This document shows positions 1 to 6,983 of a stretch of 64,000 nt of DNA, piece after piece; the stretch's first letter is position 1, and each line of letters opens with the position of its first letter. This DNA is from a virus. The translations under genes and the position numbers were made by a program. Location: IMG/VR virus record IMGVR_UViG_3300031519_004559; one strand, written 5' to 3'. Below the pieces are notes generated by a model, which did not search any database, was not told the origin of the DNA, and saw only the letters and a list, made by a program, of their open reading frames with translations.

Positions 1-339
1 TATTTCTAGTCCCATCTAATCTTAAAGTGCGCTTCATGTGAGTCTGCCACAGCCAAGACATTGGAAAGAGGTAATTTTTTATACACAAGTTCAATGGGCT
101 CTGACCTTTCCCATCCTCCGTCGACATCGCTTTTTACAGCTATCCCCCGCTTCGTTCCTAGTGCTAAAGGGTTTTTATGAACTATGTTGTGTTTTTCGAC
201 TGCCAACAAAACAATCTATATCAACCAGTGAGCCCAATTTGTTTGGTGGCTTCCTACCTCTGGGTAGTCGATCAATATGTACGTGTGCTTCTATACGAGA
301 GCTTTTTCCACAGCGGTAATTTAAACTGGCCCGCTAACC
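1..339 (-). ncRNA. Candidate structured non-coding RNA (truncated at window edge)
   Basis: No credible ORF. About 43% GC over 1-300 by hand count, in an AT-rich window. Nested complementary segments 312-316/331-335, 196-200/267-271, 202-214/239-250 (imperfect), 255-258/263-266, 95-101/230-236, 63-68/106-111. Strand inferred only from the upstream GIY-YIG gene. Confidence 0.5.
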
Positions 340-789
340 TTATGTGTTGGAATGTTTTGCCTGTATGTGATGTTCTAGCAATGCCTGTTTGAGCTTGTCT
401 GATCCGCCGACTCTAACATTAATGATTCCGTTGTAGTAATCATCTGTTTCAAGTACTCGCCTATCAAACTGTTCTCTTGCCTCTATGTAGGACATTTCGC
501 CCCTACCTTTACATAGATATAGAATTACTCGTGTAAACTTATCTGAGCCTAGTTTAGCAACATCTGCATTTAATCTGTCTGAACTACCATAATATGTCTT
601 CCAGTCTGATTCTTTAGTGCCGCGTCTTTTATTTTTTTTGCCTTTAAGTGGTGGCTTAGTAGTTTTAAATTTTGCTAGTTTTTTGCCTACGTATTTTTGG
701 CCTGTAGTGGTGTTGGTAATGAGGTAAACAAAGCCTTCATACTCGTCTGGTATTGTGTCTATTGTCTTCCCTTCGTAAGTCCACTGCAT
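340..789 (-). CDS. GIY-YIG family endonuclease (catalytic domain only)
   Basis: GFVYLITN...KYVGKK motif, YYGSS, conserved Glu (YIEAREQ) and YYN. Confidence 0.85.
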   Translation of the reverse strand: MQWTYEGKTIDTIPDEYEGFVYLITNTTTGQKYVGKKLAKFKTTKPPLKGKKNKRRGTKESDWKTYYGSSDRLNADVAKLGSDKFTRVILYLCKGRGEMSYIEAREQFDRRVLETDDYYNGIINVRVGGSDKLKQALLEHHIQAKHSNT

Positions 790-794
790 GAGTA

Positions 795-800
795 TACTTA
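795..800 (-). promoter_or_regulatory. Putative late promoter TAAGTA upstream of GIY-YIG gene
   Basis: GGTAAGTA 5 nt before the ATG at 789; same motif as upstream of structural genes. Confidence 0.45.
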
Positions 801-806
801 CCGTGC

Positions 807-1022
807 CTATTCAGTTTTATTGCCTTTTATGGTTTTTTTAGTTGTTACATGTTTTTCGTGTATTTCTTCCATGCGTAATTTTGCTAATCTTCGTATTTCA
901 CGTAACCATCTTCTTACAGAAGCGTGTGTACGCACAGAATTACGAGCTTCAAATTTGTCATTTTCTTTAAAATACTCCATATACGCTTTGGTTAATTGGT
1001 CGTGTATATCATCATTAATCAT
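807..1022 (-). CDS. Small basic helical protein, histone H1-like (Hc1-like) candidate
   Basis: 71 aa from MINDD (ATG overlapping hemC stop, ATGATTAA); K/R-rich helical pattern ...ENDKFE...VRRWLREIRRLAKLRMEEI. Confidence 0.5.
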   Translation of the reverse strand: MINDDIHDQLTKAYMEYFKENDKFEARNSVRTHASVRRWLREIRRLAKLRMEEIHEKHVTTKKTIKGNKTE

Positions 1023-1752
1023 AATACACTGCCCGTAGCGTAATAGGGTCACTTCCTGTTGCATGTGCTGCTAGTGCCGTATGACAATCGCCTCCCATGC
1101 CCTTTAAAAATGCACGTTCAACTTGCGCCTGAGCAAATGTTTTTGCATGATTAATTTTTTTAACAATGTTAATAACTTCAATATCGTCTTTTCTAGTTTG
1201 CAACGCAATTACTCCTTGCCCAACGGCAGGAATAGTAGGAATTCTCATCCATGTACGTCTAATATCTAACGCTTTTAATCCTGCTTCAGCTAGTATTATA
1301 GCATCATATTCCGCATTGTCAAGTTTTTTTAATCTAGTATCAATATTACCACGAATGGGTTTTATTTTAATATCTAAATTTTTATATAATTCTGTTAGCT
1401 GTGCAATTCTTCTTGGACTGCTAGTTCCTATGGTACACCCAAAACTAATTTTTCCTAAAAGTACATCATGTGGACTATTACGTTTAAGCATTGCAGCAAT
1501 AATTAAGTCAGGATGTTCTTCACCGGGCATGTCTTTTAAACTGTGTACTGCAACGTCAATTTCTTTATTATGTAGCGCAACTTCAATCGCGCTACAGAAC
1601 ACTCCCTTACCGCCTATTTCGTGAATAGGCACATCTGGATTTAAGTCACCAGCAGTTTTAATAACAACAATTTCAGTATCGCACGGAAGTTCATTGCACA
1701 CACGATTTGCGTATGCAAGTGCTAAATTACTTCCTCTAACACCAATTTTCAT
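1015..1752 (-). CDS. hemC: Porphobilinogen deaminase (hydroxymethylbilane synthase), C-terminally shortened
   Basis: IGVRGSNLAL, GGKGVF, DVAVHSLKDMP, GTSSPRR, IRGNIDTRL, YDAIILAEAGL, PAVGQG, ERAFL...GGDC (cofactor Cys). Confidence 0.95.
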   Translation of the reverse strand: MKIGVRGSNLALAYANRVCNELPCDTEIVVIKTAGDLNPDVPIHEIGGKGVFCSAIEVALHNKEIDVAVHSLKDMPGEEHPDLIIAAMLKRNSPHDVLLGKISFGCTIGTSSPRRIAQLTELYKNLDIKIKPIRGNIDTRLKKLDNAEYDAIILAEAGLKALDIRRTWMRIPTIPAVGQGVIALQTRKDDIEVINIVKKINHAKTFAQAQVERAFLKGMGGDCHTALAAHATGSDPITLRAVYYD

Positions 1753-2030
1753 TATTTTCTCTCAATATACATGTCTTGGATTTTTTTGAATAGTGGAATA
1801 AAAACAAGACCTATAATACAACCAAATGCTGTACCAAATGCTAATTCCCAACTTGCTGTAGTTGCACCACCCATAAAATCACTCACAGCATTGCCGATAC
1901 CTGCACCAATTACTGTTCCAATTCCCTTTTGAAATGCCTTAGGCAAATACTTTTCAATAGATAACCCTGTCATGGCTCCTAAGATCATTATTGCATTGTC
2001 GACTATTCCAAATATTATAAAATCAATCAT
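1752..2030 (-). CDS. Small multi-pass membrane protein, TMEM65-like
   Basis: Three hydrophobic segments; FGIVDNAIMI, GAGIGNAVSD and GCIIG.....P match remembered TMEM65 family motifs (FGFLDNAIMI, AALGNLVSD, GCLLG..P). Confidence 0.65.
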   Translation of the reverse strand: MIDFIIFGIVDNAIMILGAMTGLSIEKYLPKAFQKGIGTVIGAGIGNAVSDFMGGATTASWELAFGTAFGCIIGLVFIPLFKKIQDMYIERK

Positions 2031-2037
2031 AAAATTC

Positions 2038-3810
2038 CTATTCTATTATTTCAATATCGTTTGCGTAGCTTGTGAACCCATTTTCCTTTACTACTCGCAT
2101 CACATGATTAACTCGTCCGATAAGTTCATCTTTATGTGATATAAGATATACATTTTTTTCTCGTTCTCTGCCCATCTTCTTAAGAACACTTAGAGAACTT
2201 TCAACTCCGGCAGTATCCATGCCACTGTCAATTAACTCGTCGATAAACAATAAGTTAATGTTCTGATACAAACTTTCCCAAACATCACGGAATGCAAAGC
2301 TCATACCAAGTATAAGTCTATTGCGTTCACCACGTGATAAGTTGTCAAAGTCTAAGTCTTGACCCAATTGAGTAATTTCAACATTTAAGTCGTTTTGAAA
2401 TACTACTTGATGTGGCAAACCTAGTTTTACAATATAGTATGTAAGACGATTATTTAAGTACGCCAAGTTTTGTTCAATAATTTTTTTACGTATAAAGCTA
2501 TCTTTATTAGTTAATAGTTTATGTAAGAATTCTTGATGCTCTTTATAATCTGTAATTTCATTAACTGTAGACCAGTTAATGTCTTGCATAGCTGAGTTGT
2601 TAAGTTCGTTGATCTGTGTTTCGTACGGATCATTTTCAGTTTCTTTTGTACTTAGAGCTTGTTTTAAACTGTCAACATTTTGCCGATGATCAAATGCTTC
2701 TTTAGCAGTTTCATAGAACGTAGTAGGCTTGCCGTTAATGTCGCCTATGTCTTTAAGGCCCTTTACAACGTCAGTTACCTTAGTAGTAATCTCAGACTGG
2801 TATGCAATAGCATCAGCAAGTTCTTTAGTTTTACGATCTGCTATTTCTGCTTTTTTGTCTGCATGTAGTTCTTGACCACAAGTATAACAAGTAGCATCAT
2901 CTAAATCTGCGATATCTTTTTGTGCCTTTTCAACAGACCTGTCTGCACGTTGTAGTGCTGGTTCTAATGTGCTTAATTCTTTTTTAAGAGCCAAAATAGC
3001 ATTATTATGCGCTGTCCAGTTCTGCAATCTTTCATGAGAATTTAGTTCAACATCAATGTCTAAGTGTTCTAACTCGTCGATTGCTTTAGATAGCTTTGTA
3101 ACGTCTTGTTGTTTTTTTGATATCCAGGCTCGTTGTGTTTTTCTTAAACTCTCAATTGTACTTTCAATTTTACCATTGGCACTTTGTATTGCTTCGATTT
3201 TAAGTGTTTCTTGAGTAATTGCGTCCTTGCTCAATTTCATCTGTTCTTTTAAGCCTTCGGCTTTTTCAGACAATATTGTAATACCTAACAACTGTTCAAT
3301 AATAGCTCGTTGATCATTAGTGCGCATACTTAAAAACGGTTCTGTGTATGTATTCAGCGCAACAATATGTTTAAACATATCGTGTGACATGCCTAACAAT
3401 GTATTAATTTCTTCTTGTGTTTTGCGACTGTCACCTTGCGACTCGTCGGTCATTTGTTGCTCTTGATTATTAACAAAGAATTTAAGCACATTAGGCGAAC
3501 GTCCTCGTTCAATCCTATAATCCTGTCCGTCTTTTTCAAAGTGTAGCGTAACTAGCATACCTTTTGAATTAGTTTTGTTAATTAAGTTGTTTCTTTTAAT
3601 GTTTGTAAGAGCAACACCGTACAATGCATAGCTTAGTGCATTAATGATAGTAGTTTTACCTGTACCATTTCGGCTTCCACTATCGTCACCGCCTTGGTCT
3701 AAGTTTTCACCTAGCACAAGGGTCAGTTGTTCTTTATTAAAATCAACTGCTTGAGTCTGATTACCAACACTCATGAAGTTCTTTACGGTTAAATCTTTAA
3801 TACGTATCAT
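2038..3810 (-). CDS. gp46: gp46-like recombination endonuclease subunit (SbcC/Rad50 ATPase)
   Basis: VKNFMS, Walker A NGTGKTT, coiled coils, CYTC zinc hook, LSRGE signature, LFIDE Walker B, ISH. Confidence 0.95.
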   Translation of the reverse strand: MIRIKDLTVKNFMSVGNQTQAVDFNKEQLTLVLGENLDQGGDDSGSRNGTGKTTIINALSYALYGVALTNIKRNNLINKTNSKGMLVTLHFEKDGQDYRIERGRSPNVLKFFVNNQEQQMTDESQGDSRKTQEEINTLLGMSHDMFKHIVALNTYTEPFLSMRTNDQRAIIEQLLGITILSEKAEGLKEQMKLSKDAITQETLKIEAIQSANGKIESTIESLRKTQRAWISKKQQDVTKLSKAIDELEHLDIDVELNSHERLQNWTAHNNAILALKKELSTLEPALQRADRSVEKAQKDIADLDDATCYTCGQELHADKKAEIADRKTKELADAIAYQSEITTKVTDVVKGLKDIGDINGKPTTFYETAKEAFDHRQNVDSLKQALSTKETENDPYETQINELNNSAMQDINWSTVNEITDYKEHQEFLHKLLTNKDSFIRKKIIEQNLAYLNNRLTYYIVKLGLPHQVVFQNDLNVEITQLGQDLDFDNLSRGERNRLILGMSFAFRDVWESLYQNINLLFIDELIDSGMDTAGVESSLSVLKKMGREREKNVYLISHKDELIGRVNHVMRVVKENGFTSYANDIEIIE

Positions 3811-4817
3811 AGTTCGTTATAAATGTCCAATAGCATCTTTTTGTTAAAGTTTTCAGATTCAATAGCAGATATTTCACCACTTACAATCTGGTCTACACTT
3901 TCAAAATGTTGTATGTCGATATCTGTTGATATTTCTTCCATTTGTTTTTGAGGAATAAGTGCTATCTCTCTACACTTATATTGTGTAACGAATGTTTCTT
4001 TAATAAACGTTGCTTCTTCAAAAGAAATTGGAACATCTATAGTAACACGCAAATACATATTGGGTTTAATAATGTTATCAGTATCTTCTAATAACTTCTT
4101 CAGCCCAACAGTTCTATACTTAGGGCAGTCTGTCCAGTTAAGATACACAGGTTCTTTATCATTTTCTCTATCAAGTATCATCATGCCACGGTCGTCATCC
4201 CATGCATCAGCATAATTGTGCGGAAATGCATTACCTAAGTAATGTACTACACCTTGTTGCTGACGTTTGTGGAAGTGTCCACTAAACACATATGATTGAT
4301 TACTAAAGTCTTCTGCACGTAACTCGCCGTGATCGGGCATTTGTACCATAGCATTCATATAGAAGCTAGGTAACTCAAAATGCCCAAAAACATATTTGCT
4401 TTTTAACTTTCTAAGTTTCTTCCATTCGTCGCCTACTAACCAAGGAACAATAGTAACGTCCTCAATTGTAGTAATTTCGTCGATAAATGTAATACCCGGA
4501 ATATGTTTAGCAAATGCTGTACTGTTAACGTCACGTTTGTCTTTGTAATACAAATCGTGATTACCATCAAAGAAGAAGAACTGCTCAAAGGCGGCTCCTA
4601 GCTTTTCCATACTACGAATAGTAGCATCCATAGTAGTTAAGTTTAAACTATTTCTATTATGATGCCAGTCTCCGCAGAAGATGCCAGTCTCGCAACCGGC
4701 AGCTTGTGCTTCTTTGATATACCAGTCAATAAAGTCTTCACAGTCCTGATTGTGAACTTTGCTATTACCTTTTAATCCTAAGTGGATATCGGTAAAAACT
4801 GCCGCTTTTTTAAACAA
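3807..4817 (-). CDS. gp47: gp47-like recombination endonuclease subunit (SbcD/Mre11)
   Basis: TDIHLG, GDWHH, GNHD, GHFE, SGHFH metallophosphoesterase motifs; adjacent to gp46; TTG start. Confidence 0.95.
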   Translation of the reverse strand: MFKKAAVFTDIHLGLKGNSKVHNQDCEDFIDWYIKEAQAAGCETGIFCGDWHHNRNSLNLTTMDATIRSMEKLGAAFEQFFFFDGNHDLYYKDKRDVNSTAFAKHIPGITFIDEITTIEDVTIVPWLVGDEWKKLRKLKSKYVFGHFELPSFYMNAMVQMPDHGELRAEDFSNQSYVFSGHFHKRQQQGVVHYLGNAFPHNYADAWDDDRGMMILDRENDKEPVYLNWTDCPKYRTVGLKKLLEDTDNIIKPNMYLRVTIDVPISFEEATFIKETFVTQYKCREIALIPQKQMEEISTDIDIQHFESVDQIVSGEISAIESENFNKKMLLDIYNEL

Positions 4818-4847
4818 TGTATGTTATCCTTAGTTAGCTTATCTTTT

Positions 4848-4876
4848 ATTATACTTGATTGTGCTTCAGAAGTCAA
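4848..4876 (-). promoter_or_regulatory. sigma70-type promoter for the gp47-gp46 operon
   Basis: TTGACT (4876-4871) - 17 bp - TATAAT (4853-4848) in the intergenic gap. Confidence 0.8.
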
Positions 4877-5704
4877 CTATTTTTTAACTCTATTTGCTTC
4901 ACGTTTCATTTGATTTTCCCATTCTCCTTGGGATTGTCTAGTGTAGCTAGGATTTAAGTGATTCATTTCTAAAATGTCATCTCGTATATTTTGATTACGC
5001 TTTTCGATATTAATAACTCTTACAAAGGAATTTGTTACAGCCGCAGTGTAATAAGCAAAAGGATTAGCACTCTTAGATTCGTCAAACTGTAAGCCAATTT
5101 GTGCTAATTGTAATATAGCTTGACCTTTCATTTCGTCGTTGTAAGTATATCCACGTACATTGCCTCTTGTAGCATATCTTTCACATAGTTTTAGCCACAT
5201 GTTTGCAAGTTTGTTAGTTGCCTTGCCACCTTTCAATGTAAAATTGCCATTATCCATGCCGCCTTCCCAATGACTTTTACCTACTAGTATAAGTTCGTCG
5301 TGTTCGTTATACTTGTAATGGTTAAATGGTGGAAAGTTTAATTTTACCTTCGTGTCTGCTACTGTCTTTGGATTCTTTTTTCGTCCGGGCTCTTCCGGAA
5401 TGTGGTCGTAAGTCATAACTCGAAAGATAAGTTCTTCTTTGGTAATCTTTTTATAGTCTACTTCACACTCTGCTTGTTTTATTTTCTTACCAGCTAATTT
5501 TGACGCTTCAAATGCTTTTTGACTTAGTCTTTTAGCTTTGTTACGCTTTGCTTCCGCAATAGTTAGTCTGTTAATCTTATCTACACCAAGTAGAATCACA
5601 TCGTATTGATTGTACTCAGGATCCACATAACTACAAAAGGTAGCTTTGGATCTATGTATCTCTAACAGTATATCTTTGTTATTTAAATAATTGACTTTTT
5701 TCAT
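4877..5704 (-). CDS. gp55: gp55-like sigma factor for late transcription
   Basis: N-terminal NYLNNKDIL, RGYTYNDEM, FDESKSANPFAYYT...NSFVRVINIEKR; canonical position next to gp47/gp46. Confidence 0.9.
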   Translation of the reverse strand: MKKVNYLNNKDILLEIHRSKATFCSYVDPEYNQYDVILLGVDKINRLTIAEAKRNKAKRLSQKAFEASKLAGKKIKQAECEVDYKKITKEELIFRVMTYDHIPEEPGRKKNPKTVADTKVKLNFPPFNHYKYNEHDELILVGKSHWEGGMDNGNFTLKGGKATNKLANMWLKLCERYATRGNVRGYTYNDEMKGQAILQLAQIGLQFDESKSANPFAYYTAAVTNSFVRVINIEKRNQNIRDDILEMNHLNPSYTRQSQGEWENQMKREANRVKK

Positions 5705-5726
5705 TTTTTCTCCAGTTGTTATGTAT

Positions 5727-5755
5727 ATTATAAACTACTACGTTAATAAAGTCAA
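5727..5755 (-). promoter_or_regulatory. sigma70-type promoter for gp55
   Basis: TTGACT (5755-5750) - 17 bp - TATAAT (5732-5727); GGAG SD at 5713-5710. Confidence 0.8.
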
Positions 5756-5756
5756 C

Positions 5757-5762
5757 TAAATA
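5757..5762 (+). promoter_or_regulatory. Putative late promoter TAAATA for the baseplate operon
   Basis: ACTAAATA upstream of AGAGG SD and ATG 5785; resembles T4 late TATAAATA. Confidence 0.65.
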
Positions 5763-5784
5763 CTTTATATAAAAGAGGTTAATT

Positions 5785-6681
5785 ATGGCAGTAGTAGACG
5801 GTAATGGTAATCCAGTAAGGGATAGTAATGGTAACGCTGTTACACAAGGTGGCACAAGCGGGCCAGCGGGTAGAGCACAACGTAGATCTAACAGTCGTAG
5901 CAGTGTTGATCCTTCAGCATCGGTGGCTGAGTTTGCTGGTTCAGAAAATATTACAGGGCTAGTATCTGGCGCAAAACAGCGTGTAGAAGACTTTGTACAA
6001 GCAACGGGATTTGGTAAAGCACTAAGGTCATTTGGATTATTGCCAGATGCTGAACCGAGTGGGTTTGAATTTACTTCTGCAACAAGTGGTGATGCTAATC
6101 CGGATTGGCGAGTCAAATTGTCTTTACCTAAGAATTTTGGGGGTAGTATGCTTGCTCCTCTTGCAGAAACAGATGGCTTAGTTTGGCCTTATACTCCGCA
6201 AATATATATTACACACTCGGCTAACTATACGCCGATTCAACCCGTTCATAGTAATTATCCCTTTTTTGCCTATCAAAACTCAAGAGTGGATGCATTTAGT
6301 ATTGTTGGTGACTTTTATGTTGAAAACAATTACGAAGGTCAATATTGGTTAGCCGCAGTGCATTATCTAAGAAGTATTACAAAAATGGCGTATGGAAAAA
6401 CTAGTAATGTAGGTGCACCGCCTCCCGTAGTTAGACTCAACGGTTATGGAGATTACGTATTTAAAGACGTTCCTGTAATAATTCAAAGTTTTGCTATTGA
6501 ATTAGGACAAGACGTCGACTATATTAAAGTACCAGGATACGGACCTAACGGCGCTTGGGTTCCGACAAGAAGTAATATACAAGCAACAGTACAACCTATT
6601 TACAGTAGACGAGCTGTAGAACAATTTAGCTTAGATCAATTTGTTAAAGGTGGGTATGTTGGCAAAGGTGGATTTATTTAA
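5785..6681 (+). CDS. Baseplate/tail-tube initiator protein (gp48/gp54-like tube fold)
   Basis: WPYTPQI, PPPVVRLNGYG..VF.DVPVII pattern of contractile-tail tube initiators; precedes gp53-like gene. Confidence 0.6.
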   Translation: MAVVDGNGNPVRDSNGNAVTQGGTSGPAGRAQRRSNSRSSVDPSASVAEFAGSENITGLVSGAKQRVEDFVQATGFGKALRSFGLLPDAEPSGFEFTSATSGDANPDWRVKLSLPKNFGGSMLAPLAETDGLVWPYTPQIYITHSANYTPIQPVHSNYPFFAYQNSRVDAFSIVGDFYVENNYEGQYWLAAVHYLRSITKMAYGKTSNVGAPPPVVRLNGYGDYVFKDVPVIIQSFAIELGQDVDYIKVPGYGPNGAWVPTRSNIQATVQPIYSRRAVEQFSLDQFVKGGYVGKGGFI

Positions 6682-6983
6682 TGGCAAAGTATACTTCAAA
6701 CAGTCCTTGGAAGGACACAAAAACTAAAAATGGTCAATATCTTGATATTTTAAGAATACGTCCTATTCCAGCTGAAGCAGATGATATTCCGTATGTAATA
6801 CAAGTGCAATATACTCATAGGCCTGATTTGCTTGCTTATGACTTATATGGTGATCACAAACTATGGTGGGTTTTTGCACAACGTAATATTAACGAATTGA
6901 AAGACCCTGTTTTTGACTTTGAAGCAGGCGTTGAAATATATCTTCCTAAAGGCGGGAATTTGAAACGACTATTAGGAATATAA
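6681..6983 (+). CDS. gp53: Baseplate wedge protein gp53-like (LysM-like)
   Basis: RPDLLAYDLYGDHKLWWVFAQRN motif. Confidence 0.85.
   Translation: MAKYTSNSPWKDTKTKNGQYLDILRIRPIPAEADDIPYVIQVQYTHRPDLLAYDLYGDHKLWWVFAQRNINELKDPVFDFEAGVEIYLPKGGNLKRLLGI

Noticed and set aside
40-120. Minus-strand GGGAAAGGTCAGAGCCCA loosely resembles the RNase P RNA GAGGAAAGUCC motif; a group I intron was also considered
   Set aside because: No properly spaced P4 partner, and no recognisable P7 R/S elements or flanking exons; an Infernal search would be needed.
6-392. Three short overlapping ORFs (6-209, 38-319, 177-392)
   Set aside because: No SD, atypical composition, mutually overlapping; the region is better explained as non-coding.
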